Shown here piece by piece: positions 1 through 7,992 of a DNA stretch of 64,000 nucleotides. Position 1 is the first letter of the stretch, and every line of letters starts with the position of its first letter. The position numbers and the translations under genes were made by a program. The notes beneath the pieces were generated by a model, which was given only the letters and a program-made list of their open reading frames with translations, was not told the origin of the DNA and made no database searches. Source of the DNA: a virus. Where the stretch lies: positions 1 to 64,000 of the IMG/VR virus record IMGVR_UViG_3300049491_000383, one strand, 5' to 3'.

Positions 1-239
1 TATTGCAGGGCTTTTCGTTGTGCATTAGCCTTGCCGCCATTCTCGTCAACAGTATATACGTTAACACCCGTGCCGCGTGCGATCTTGGCGGTTTCGTCAG
101 TGGATTTGTCATCCACGACATAAATGTGTTCTTTGGAACATCCAGCAACCAACAATGATGCAACCGTGCCTTCAATAACGACTTCCTCGTTATAGGCCGG
201 GATCAAAATTGCGATTCTGGGTTGCTGATTTGTGTACAT
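1..239 (-). CDS. GT2-family glycosyltransferase (N-terminal part; runs off the window edge)
   Basis: Own translation: MYTNQQPRIAILIPAYNEEVVI...IYVVDDKSTD...NGGKA, the GT2 N-terminal motifs (IPAYNE, VDDxSTD, NxGKA). Confidence 0.85.
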   Translation of the reverse strand, partial: MYTNQQPRIAILIPAYNEEVVIEGTVASLLVAGCSKEHIYVVDDKSTDETAKIARGTGVNVYTVDENGGKANAQRKALQ

Positions 240-245
240 TCCCTA

Positions 246-274
246 ACTATAAAGGAAATGGCTTGACGAGTCAA
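246..274 (-). promoter_or_regulatory. sigma70-type promoter, probably leaderless, for the GT2 gene
   Basis: TTGACT-17 nt-TATAGT, then 6 nt to the ATG at 239. Confidence 0.65.
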
Positions 275-281
275 GCCATTT
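256..281. terminator. 12-bp inverted repeat; likely terminator after rpsU, overlapping the -35 box
   Basis: aaatggcttgac-ga-gtcaagccattt with T-rich flanks. Confidence 0.55.
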
Positions 282-303
282 TTCAATCTGAAGTAGTTAT
301 ATC

Positions 304-564
304 TTAATACTTCTTATCTTTGTGCCAATGTCCAGAAGCAATCATTTCCTCTACTTGCTTTTCCCAACGCTTGCGGGCTTGCTTCTTCATACGCTGCTTC
401 TCAACAGCCGGCTTTTCGTATGCCATCCTGTCTTTTACTTCTTTAAGCAACCCAGAGTCCTGGACTTTCTTAGACCATGTACGCAATGCGCGACCGAAAT
501 CATCACCACGCACCTCCACAGTGATACCTCTGCGCTTCTTTCCATCTCTAAAGTTATTGCCCAT
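304..564 (-). CDS. rpsU: Phage-encoded 30S ribosomal protein bS21
   Basis: VEVRGDDFGRALRTWSKKVQDSGLLKEVKDRMAYEKP...KKQARKR matches the bS21 pattern; likely ATG at 564 overlaps the clpX end. Confidence 0.88.
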   Translation of the reverse strand: MGNNFRDGKKRRGITVEVRGDDFGRALRTWSKKVQDSGLLKEVKDRMAYEKPAVEKQRMKKQARKRWEKQVEEMIASGHWHKDKKY

Positions 565-1798
565 TGTTTGCTCGTTTCTTTGCCTTGTATACATGTTTAA
601 TAGCACCATTTGCGTCAACAAAAATCTTGTTGACCCCTTCCTTTGCAATTCTAGGCAATATAAATTGTGTTGCCTGTAGGTCTCTTTCAATAATTGTACG
701 CAAGCCTCTTGCGCCAACTTTCTGTTTCAAACATTCGTCTGCAACATTCTGTAGGTATTTATCATCGAAGTCCAAAGTGATGCCTTCATATTTAAATAGG
801 GCTTTAAACTGGCTGATAATGCTGTTCTTTGGTTCTTTAAGGATACGGATCATCATCTCGGGTGTCAGATCGTCAAATACAACATGAACTGGATGGCGAC
901 CAACAAACTCTGGAATCAATCCAAACTTTACAAAGTCATCCGGAGTGGCTGTCTTGGCTGTTTTCGAGAATGCTTGCTTCGTATTAAGTGCAGCACCGAT
1001 ACCAATGCTTGATTTTGAACGGTTCTTACGGATTACCTCATCCAAGCCAACAAATGCACCACTACAAATGAACAATACATCCTTTGTATCAAAATTAATT
1101 GTTTCGTCGTAGTCATCAATGGTGATAATGGTGCCTTCAATCAACTTTAGAAGAGATTGTTGAACACCTTCACCGGAGACATCCCTACTAACAGTGGCAG
1201 ATTCACTCTTTCTACTCTTTTTATCAATTTCATCAATAAAGATAATGCCGTGTTGTGCCTTCTCTACGTCATCATCGGCGTTTGCCAGTAACTTCTTAAC
1301 TAAATTCTCTACATCTTCACCGACGTAGCCGGCCTCTGTCAATGTTGTAGCGTCTGCTATCACGTACGGTAGATCAAACAGTTTTGCAATGGTTTTTACA
1401 GTGAGTGTCTTGCCACATCCGCTTTCGCCAATCATCAAAAGATTGGATTTTTCAATCTCTGTCTTTGATGTGCTGTGGAGACGCTTATAATGGTTATAGA
1501 CTGCAACAGAAATGGCAATCTTTGCGTCATCTTGACCAATAACATATTCGTCGAGATGGACTTTAATCTGTTCCGGGGTAGGAATCTTCTCTTTACGCTT
1601 CTTGACAATCTTTTCCGGCTCTTCATTATGGAGTGTATCATAAGATACATCCACACATTCATTACAAATGTAGATATTCTTGCCACCAAATTCCGGACCC
1701 TCAATCATCTGTTCTACTTGATGACGTCCTTTATGGCAAAACGAACAATTAATGATTCTCTTAATGCCAGGGTCTACGGTTTCTGTCGTTTCTGTCAT
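554..1798 (-). CDS. clpX: ClpX-like AAA+ unfoldase
   Basis: Zn domain CSFC...CNEC, VAVYNHYKRL, Walker A GESGCGKT, ADATTLTEAGYVGEDVE, IDEIDK, RDVSGEGVQQ, GARGLR. Confidence 0.96.
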   Translation of the reverse strand: MTETTETVDPGIKRIINCSFCHKGRHQVEQMIEGPEFGGKNIYICNECVDVSYDTLHNEEPEKIVKKRKEKIPTPEQIKVHLDEYVIGQDDAKIAISVAVYNHYKRLHSTSKTEIEKSNLLMIGESGCGKTLTVKTIAKLFDLPYVIADATTLTEAGYVGEDVENLVKKLLANADDDVEKAQHGIIFIDEIDKKSRKSESATVSRDVSGEGVQQSLLKLIEGTIITIDDYDETINFDTKDVLFICSGAFVGLDEVIRKNRSKSSIGIGAALNTKQAFSKTAKTATPDDFVKFGLIPEFVGRHPVHVVFDDLTPEMMIRILKEPKNSIISQFKALFKYEGITLDFDDKYLQNVADECLKQKVGARGLRTIIERDLQATQFILPRIAKEGVNKIFVDANGAIKHVYKAKKRANNGQ

Positions 1799-1799
1799 T

Positions 1800-3410
1800 T
1801 TATGTCCTCTTAAATTCTCTCAACCAGCTTAAGGCTTTGGGGTACTTATGATTTTGATTCCCCTGAACTGACGCAATATGGCTGCTCTCCAGGCTTTCCG
1901 ATTCTTGATCATTTCCCTGTCCTTCTTCAAATATTTCTTCAGTTTTGGCAATCTGGCTCGACGCGGACGTCTGGTCTCCGGTATTGGGGGCGGGTGTTTC
2001 CACCTGTGTAAGCTTTTCTTCTTCATTAATTTTTTGTGGAATAAAATGTGGCCCCGAACCTATCAATTCTCTCATCACTGCGTTCTGACTTGCCCACGGT
2101 ACTATATTATCCTTTCGTACTTCAACAGGTGCTTCTTGTACCTTAACTTCCAGCTCGGTTCGTTCTTTGGGCGTAATGGATTGGCTCGGTTCGCTCGATA
2201 CTCGTGAAGGGCGTGGTGAACGAATGACGGCGAACGATGGATTAAACTTGGCAACTGAAAATTTCGCCAATGTTGGCACTTCTTTCTCACTTAAATCCTC
2301 TTGTACCGTTTCTTCGGCTTTGCCCGAGGTGGTGGTTTTGGGTTCTTCCGCAAGAATCTCACGAATGATATCAGTTGGTGTCTCGTTCGCGATGTTGGGT
2401 AATCTGTCCTCTCCCGTATCACTTTCTTCGACAACGATTTTCTCTTCTTCATTTAGAACTTCCACATCTTCTCGAGGTATCTCTGCATGTACCGTGGTTT
2501 CCTCATTCGGCGTAGAGCTGATTTCAATCCCGCTAGGTGACTCCGATGGGTTGCAGAGAAGAGTAGTTTCTTTAATGCCCTCAGGGCGCGCCTGTTCGGC
2601 ATCTCCGTCGTTTCCATGTTCGAATCCAACCAACTTCTCTTCGGCTTTTTGCTTTTTCTCATTTTGACGCCTCAGGATGCTATGGTTCGCGGCCACTAAC
2701 AGTATAATGGCCAAAGGGTCAAGAGTCGACACAATTAGGAGTGTGAATATCTTAACCGCACTTTCAATGTTCTTGGTGCTATTTCCTTCTGCACCATACA
2801 TTAGTTCAGCAATGTATCGGATTGGCCCAACTTCTAATTCAAGTGACCTAATTTCCGACTGTAACTTAAACTTTTCATCACTAAATCCATCAATGCGCTT
2901 ATTAGCGGCATCAATTTCGTCTTTTAGTTGCTTACGCTGAGGAGCTTGACTGCGACGAATGGAAACGGACCTGTCTGTGCGGTCTTTTCCAAGATAAGAA
3001 TTGATTGTTGCATCAAGTTGTGCAATAACTTTTTCATTATCGGTAATGATTGCCTTCTCTCTAGTTATTTGTTGCTCAATTCTTTCCACTTTTGGGCCAT
3101 TGTCAATGGTCTTGGCACCCTGTTCTAAGTGTGCCTTAGATAAAAAGCCAAAAACCCCTATACTTGTTGCAAGCATAAGGGCTGCTGTGAAATAAATTAA
3201 AGGGCCCTTGAGCCCCCAACCAGCGAATTTCCAGTTTCGGTAGACCCACGACGTCGTTACAAGCTTGGCAAGCTCAAGAACCACACCCATAACAAGCGCG
3301 GCATGGTATGGAGCACCGGCAAAAATTGCCATTACACCGATAATTGAGAACCAACCTGCCACTGCGGCCACGGCTAAAGCAGAGAATAGAGTTAATAGTG
3401 CGAAAATCAT
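1800..3410 (-). CDS. Membrane protein with coiled coil and long acidic disordered C-terminal tail
   Basis: Three to four hydrophobic N-terminal helices, a coiled coil, a further TM segment (LLIVSTLDPLAIILLVAA), Glu/Pro-rich tail; late motif 4 nt upstream. Confidence 0.75.
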   Translation of the reverse strand: MIFALLTLFSALAVAAVAGWFSIIGVMAIFAGAPYHAALVMGVVLELAKLVTTSWVYRNWKFAGWGLKGPLIYFTAALMLATSIGVFGFLSKAHLEQGAKTIDNGPKVERIEQQITREKAIITDNEKVIAQLDATINSYLGKDRTDRSVSIRRSQAPQRKQLKDEIDAANKRIDGFSDEKFKLQSEIRSLELEVGPIRYIAELMYGAEGNSTKNIESAVKIFTLLIVSTLDPLAIILLVAANHSILRRQNEKKQKAEEKLVGFEHGNDGDAEQARPEGIKETTLLCNPSESPSGIEISSTPNEETTVHAEIPREDVEVLNEEEKIVVEESDTGEDRLPNIANETPTDIIREILAEEPKTTTSGKAEETVQEDLSEKEVPTLAKFSVAKFNPSFAVIRSPRPSRVSSEPSQSITPKERTELEVKVQEAPVEVRKDNIVPWASQNAVMRELIGSGPHFIPQKINEEEKLTQVETPAPNTGDQTSASSQIAKTEEIFEEGQGNDQESESLESSHIASVQGNQNHKYPKALSWLREFKRT

Positions 3411-3457
3411 TAAGTATTTAGCTGGAAAATACGGTCGTAAGTGTTAACCCGGACACA

Positions 3458-3694
3458 TTAACCGTATAGGCTTTCGGATTCGTTGAAACTTTTTCTTAGA
3501 ATAGATTCTTCAATAAGTTCATCCATCGACCATCCAACTTTACGAAGTTCTGGTTCGGCAAGCTCGGCTAATATGTGAGCTGCTGTCGTAGATGGATGTT
3601 CTATGCAGGCCATCGTATAAACCGCGCAAGCGCCGTTGTAATCGACGCTGCGTTTTAGTTTTCTATAGGTGTCCTCAGGAGACATTTCCCTCAT
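3458..3694 (-). CDS. Small hypothetical protein (EDTY..LKR/GWS family)
   Basis: Tightly packed ORF; shares motifs with 3675..3914 and 4370..4711. Confidence 0.65.
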   Translation of the reverse strand: MREMSPEDTYRKLKRSVDYNGACAVYTMACIEHPSTTAAHILAELAEPELRKVGWSMDELIEESILRKSFNESESLYG

Positions 3695-3914
3695 AGGCTC
3701 TTAAATTGAATAGCTTATCGTGTGACCAACCATAGGGCTTAAGAATAGGATCCAATCTTGCTCTTAGGAGTGATATTGGTAACCCATTTATAGGATGATT
3801 ATATTCTGTGGCTATTTTAATATACTCGTTGTTGTATATTTCAAATGCCTCATCCTCTGTGATGCTTTTCAGCATCTTAAAGGTATCATCTTCAGTCGAA
3901 TTCACGATCTTCAC
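3675..3914 (-). CDS. Small hypothetical protein (DDTF..LK/GWS family)
   Basis: Overlaps neighbours; shared motifs. Confidence 0.65.
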   Translation of the reverse strand: MKIVNSTEDDTFKMLKSITEDEAFEIYNNEYIKIATEYNHPINGLPISLLRARLDPILKPYGWSHDKLFNLRAYEGNVS

Positions 3915-4368
3915 GGTGTCCTTCTCTGTATGCCATATTGGATGGTGTTTCTCGTACCTCTACCCTGAAACACCAAATGCGCGCCGCTTCTTGTTGACCA
4001 TAGTTAGGTAAGAAGATGGTATTGATGTACTCATATAGGTAATCTGCAAGTCCTTCGCAGCCAGTCTTTTCAACTTCAGTGATCTTTGCAAGACCTAGTT
4101 CTCCCAAACGCTTAATATCGGCGTAATGTGGATCATCCTGCGCCAAAAGCATTGCGTGATCGAAGTGCTCTTCAAGAAATTCCTTAAGTGGCTTCAATCC
4201 ACCGTAATCCATTGCCCAATTTCTTACATCAAGTGTGTCGCACTCGAAATAGAACTTAAAACTCAGGGCATAACCGTGAATTTGGTTGCAATGTGAATCT
4301 GCACGCCATTGCCTATATGCAAGTGGTGCTAGATGCGAATATTCTTTTGTTGATACGTATTTTGACAT
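3892..4368 (-). CDS. queD: 6-carboxytetrahydropterin synthase (QueD/PTPS family)
   Basis: HCNQIHGY, MDYGGLK, FDH, GCEGLA, VEVRET motifs; start set to MSKYVSTK. Confidence 0.88.
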   Translation of the reverse strand: MSKYVSTKEYSHLAPLAYRQWRADSHCNQIHGYALSFKFYFECDTLDVRNWAMDYGGLKPLKEFLEEHFDHAMLLAQDDPHYADIKRLGELGLAKITEVEKTGCEGLADYLYEYINTIFLPNYGQQEAARIWCFRVEVRETPSNMAYREGHREDREFD

Positions 4369-4369
4369 G

Positions 4370-4711
4370 TTATTCCAATTCAATTTTTGCTTGTGTAAAC
4401 TTTGCGTTAGGGAAGAATTCTTTTGCTCTTTCAACTAGGTCCAATGGAAAGGCACTTTCCTTATTGTACTCATCGATCGCTGCAATTATATTACGTTTCT
4501 CTGACTCAAGTACAAACTCTTCAAGAGACCAACCCTGTTTTTCTAAACATTTGATTCTTTCGTAATGTCGAACCAATTCATGCTTCTTAGTTTCAAAGGC
4601 TACACCGGAAAAATTGTATATTGGTGGAGATTTGGGGAGTGCATCCAGAAACTGTTGTAACTCGTCAAATGGAGTTCTTCTTAGGATGCGAAATGTATCA
4701 TCTTGATTCAT
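4370..4711 (-). CDS. Small hypothetical protein (DDTF..LRR/GWS family)
   Basis: Fills the gap between genes; shared motifs. Confidence 0.65.
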   Translation of the reverse strand: MNQDDTFRILRRTPFDELQQFLDALPKSPPIYNFSGVAFETKKHELVRHYERIKCLEKQGWSLEEFVLESEKRNIIAAIDEYNKESAFPLDLVERAKEFFPNAKFTQAKIELE

Positions 4712-4712
4712 A

Positions 4713-5264
4713 CTACGTTGTAGATAATGAGTTTCTCTTGTCTCTTAACTCTTCCGGAGTTAAGCCCTTATTTTCTGGTGCTTCTTCATCGATCTTAGGT
4801 GTTAGAATTTCTTCTAACGGAATATCGGCAATAGACAAATCATCTCTGTCACCCTTCTTATCTTTTCCGGGGGCACCAAACTCTCCGCGCTCTCTTTGTC
4901 CGTTTTTCTTACGTGTCTTAGCTTTGGCTAGTTGATTTTCTGTCTTTTCGCTGTAAGGAATTAGATGCAACCTTGATTTATTTTCTTGTATAACCCAAAG
5001 CTCTATCCTCTTAATACCTTTGTCCACGATAACACGATAATCAACGAATTCGAACTTACCTTCAGGGCGAACATCATATGCTCGTCCCAACATCTGATCG
5101 CCCTGCACCACAAGAATGTAGGTTGTCAGCAGGATCAATGGAATTGCCACATATTTTACAGCATATCGCATCGGAACTTTAATAATCAGTATACAACATA
5201 GAATTGCAAGTGTCAAGTCTAGAAACATTAACACATTAAAGAAATGTAATACAGATAGAAACAT
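4713..5264 (-). CDS. Membrane-anchored protein, third gene of the motor-like cassette
   Basis: Two N-terminal hydrophobic helices, a beta-rich soluble part, a charged tail; 1 nt from the upstream gene. Confidence 0.7.
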   Translation of the reverse strand: MFLSVLHFFNVLMFLDLTLAILCCILIIKVPMRYAVKYVAIPLILLTTYILVVQGDQMLGRAYDVRPEGKFEFVDYRVIVDKGIKRIELWVIQENKSRLHLIPYSEKTENQLAKAKTRKKNGQRERGEFGAPGKDKKGDRDDLSIADIPLEEILTPKIDEEAPENKGLTPEELRDKRNSLSTT

Positions 5265-5265
5265 A

Positions 5266-5934
5266 TTATCTCTCCTGAGGACTATAATGATAGCCGCTTG
5301 CGGGATTTTGTTCCAATATAAATGGTTCTTCTATGTCTAGTTCGATTCCCGAAACTATTTCATTCTGAACAAGAAAGGAAAATGCAGTTCTTTCCTCTTT
5401 AGACTTAGTGAGGATGATTTCTTTTCTTGCTAGAATCTTATAGCTTGGATTTATTTGAATCAATTCAACGATGACAGGTATTGGCTCACCTGTATAGGTT
5501 GCGACTCCCTTTCCATCTTCGGTCTTAGGCAAGAAGAAATTGATATTTGTCACATATCGTCCGGGGATTTTTCCTCTGAAGGAAATAACCTCACGTCGTG
5601 GGGATAGTGCAACTTTCTTTTCATCTTTTATGACAAAATTGTTTGAAATTCCCAAATCATCACGTTCTAGGAATACATAGGTATTTTCTTTATGATTATA
5701 CCCAATTGCCTGCCCCTCAGGCACCTTAAGCCACAGATCAATGTCGTGTGGTGACAGATCGGGCCATGTCATGGTAATGATTATGTCGGCTCTTGCTTCA
5801 ATATCTTTTTTCTTTGCAGGCTCATTAATGAGCATCAATGATGCAAAGAAAAGTAATACGAATACAATGATAATGTTGAATAACATATCGATAAACGATA
5901 TGTTACTACCGTAATAGATGCTGCTCTTTTTCAT
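5266..5934 (-). CDS. ExbD/TolR/MotB-like single-TM protein with a YfaP/DUF2135-like soluble domain
   Basis: NISFIDMLFNIIIVFVLLFF has the intramembrane Asp of ExbD/MotB; ITMTWPD...DIDLWLKVPEG resembles the W..DxDL..P.G motif. Confidence 0.65.
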   Translation of the reverse strand: MKKSSIYYGSNISFIDMLFNIIIVFVLLFFASLMLINEPAKKKDIEARADIIITMTWPDLSPHDIDLWLKVPEGQAIGYNHKENTYVFLERDDLGISNNFVIKDEKKVALSPRREVISFRGKIPGRYVTNINFFLPKTEDGKGVATYTGEPIPVIVELIQINPSYKILARKEIILTKSKEERTAFSFLVQNEIVSGIELDIEEPFILEQNPASGYHYSPQER

Positions 5935-5935
5935 T

Positions 5936-6424
5936 TTACTTCTCCGGTAGAGAAGTATCTAGATTGATAAGTTGTAGCTTGACTAATTGACTGGTAATTA
6001 GGCCAACAAGTGTAGTCAGCACCGCTGTACTCATGCCGCCTGCCATATTAACAATTGCCGACTTCGCAGTGACAATATTCGATGGATCAAGCCCTACAAG
6101 TGCTGGGCCAAGCATCATTGTGAACCCGATAAGAGTTCCCATCATACCAAGCGCCATCAATAGTTCTGATCCATACCAGCAAGGCTGCATATAGATAACA
6201 TTTTCATTGTAAATCTTACTACCCGGCTCGTTATTAGTTAGCCGATGTGTGAGAACTCCAACAAAGCCCGTTAGAATCAAATAAAGAATCATTGTAATGA
6301 AGCTTAGTCCTGATAAATCTGCAATCCAAAGTGCTGCAAATAAACCCTTACCCTGGATTACTCCCATTGACACTAGCGAAGAGAGGAATATAACAAACCA
6401 GCGCAACATTACAATGTTTTTCAT
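5936..6424 (-). CDS. MotA/TolQ/ExbB proton-channel family protein
   Basis: LGMMGTLIG and GMSTAVLTTLVGL match the family TM signatures LGLLGTVxG and GIxxALxTTxxGL. Confidence 0.85.
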   Translation of the reverse strand: MKNIVMLRWFVIFLSSLVSMGVIQGKGLFAALWIADLSGLSFITMILYLILTGFVGVLTHRLTNNEPGSKIYNENVIYMQPCWYGSELLMALGMMGTLIGFTMMLGPALVGLDPSNIVTAKSAIVNMAGGMSTAVLTTLVGLITSQLVKLQLINLDTSLPEK

Positions 6425-6909
6425 TACTTGATCATCCTTTCAGAAATGTATTTCTCGTGTTGTACCCACTTGAATGTACTACTTATCCAATTCTTGTGAG
6501 TTAGAAATCCCCATTCTCTCTTCTGGGGTCCTGGCATGAACAGTGTCCAACAATCGACACCTGGTTCAACCTCAATACGATGATAACTGTTTGCTTTGCA
6601 AACTCTGAAATGACCCGGACCTCTCCAAACTTTCTTTTCGCCAACAATTGTCATTGTTGTGTCGAAGATTGGAATCCATTCCCAATAACCACCCTTTAGA
6701 ATAAGTGTTGCATAGGGCCAAGGATGGTCATGCAGGTCATCCGGATCACTACGAAGAAATTGATGCAGGAAAATGTTGAAGGGAAACTTCTTTCTATCCT
6801 TCAGAAACACATAGTAACGAACCAGATATGGTTCTTTGCTTTGTCTGTCCTTAATAACTCTCTTACGATCAACTCTTTCTAGATAATTCAAGAAAAAGTT
6901 CATAATCAC
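6424..6909 (-). CDS. Cupin-like protein
   Basis: DPDDLHDHPW...ILKGGYWE...YHRIE...TLF pattern. Confidence 0.7.
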   Translation of the reverse strand: MIMNFFLNYLERVDRKRVIKDRQSKEPYLVRYYVFLKDRKKFPFNIFLHQFLRSDPDDLHDHPWPYATLILKGGYWEWIPIFDTTMTIVGEKKVWRGPGHFRVCKANSYHRIEVEPGVDCWTLFMPGPQKREWGFLTHKNWISSTFKWVQHEKYISERMIK

Positions 6910-7595
6910 TCCTTTCCGAGCGATACCAACCTCATGAATTCGGTTCTAACGTTCGGATCTGTTTTGAAAACACCACCTAACTTACTGGTCACTGTGCTAG
7001 AACCGGTATCTTCAACTCCTCTGCTCTTAACGCAGAAGTGTTGTGCATGAACTACCACACCGATATTGTCTGTTTCCAGAATATACTGTAATGCGTGGTA
7101 AACTTGCTCTGTAAGACGTTCTTGGATCTGTGGTCGCTTGCTGAAATATTCAACTACGCGATTGATCTTGCTCAGACCTAGAACTTTCTGATTAGGAATG
7201 TATGCAACTGTTGCAAGACCGTCGATGATGACGAAATGATGCTCACAGTTTGATTGAACGTTGACATTACGCTCGATAACCATCTCATCATACTTCATTT
7301 TGTTGTCTACTGCGGTGCATTTTGGAAATGCATCGTAATCTAGACCCCAAAAGATTTCGTTTACATACATCTTGGCAACACGCTTAGGTGTTTCCATTAG
7401 ACTGTCATCAGACAAGTCTAATCCCAGAGTTTGCATGATTTTCGACATATGATTTTCGATAATGTCGATCTTTTCTTTACGATCGAGACTATTACCGTAG
7501 CCGTCTTGCATTGGAGTTTCTACACCGCACTTTACCAAGTGTTCGTGTACACGATGACCCAATTCTGGGTCGCATTTTGTTTTATTGTATGACAT
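6906..7595 (-). CDS. folE: GTP cyclohydrolase I
   Basis: ETPKRVAKMY, CEHH, GLSKINR, RPQIQERLT, HFCVKSRGV. Confidence 0.96.
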   Translation of the reverse strand: MSYNKTKCDPELGHRVHEHLVKCGVETPMQDGYGNSLDRKEKIDIIENHMSKIMQTLGLDLSDDSLMETPKRVAKMYVNEIFWGLDYDAFPKCTAVDNKMKYDEMVIERNVNVQSNCEHHFVIIDGLATVAYIPNQKVLGLSKINRVVEYFSKRPQIQERLTEQVYHALQYILETDNIGVVVHAQHFCVKSRGVEDTGSSTVTSKLGGVFKTDPNVRTEFMRLVSLGKE

Positions 7596-7655
7596 ATGAA
7601 TCCTTCCTTAAGCGGATATGAGTTTTGAAAAGTTGTCACCGTTGTGTGACACAAT

Positions 7656-7663
7656 TATTTATC
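7656..7663 (-). promoter_or_regulatory. Late promoter motif (GATAAATA) upstream of folE
   Basis: Same motif recurs in intergenic positions across the window. Confidence 0.65.
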
Positions 7664-7665
7664 CG

Positions 7666-7992
7666 TTAATATAAGCTATGCCTACTTTTCAGGTTCTGGA
7701 AATCTTGATTATATGGTACTGTGAACAATGCAGTATTCAATGCCTTCATTAATTCCTTGAAATCGTTCTTTAGGACTTGGTTATCGGTCTTCAATTGCAT
7801 AACATCCATATATAGTATGTCATGTTCCTGAATTATCCGCTTAAGGATGGATGGATTCTGATTGGTTCCCTTAAGGATGGCAACAACTTGCTCAGTTTCT
7901 GTAAATGCCTTAAGTTGTTCAACACTTAATGCTCCAAAAAGCTTGTCTAGTAGGTCGATTTTATCGACCTGTTCACCGGTCATTGTTATCAT
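7666..7992 (-). CDS. Hypothetical coiled-coil protein
   Basis: Start overlaps the thyA stop; heptad pattern. Confidence 0.65.
   Translation of the reverse strand: MITMTGEQVDKIDLLDKLFGALSVEQLKAFTETEQVVAILKGTNQNPSILKRIIQEHDILYMDVMQLKTDNQVLKNDFKELMKALNTALFTVPYNQDFQNLKSRHSLY

Noticed and set aside
565-717. N-terminal extension of the bS21 ORF in the track
   Set aside because: Lies within clpX; the ATG at 564 gives a normal-sized bS21
4713-6424. Zorya defence system
   Set aside because: No ZorA long tail, no OmpA-like ZorB domain, and no ZorC, ZorD or ZorE; only the motor core is similar
7596-7665. Known preQ1 or THF-II riboswitch upstream of folE
   Set aside because: Could not match either consensus by eye; an Rfam search would be needed
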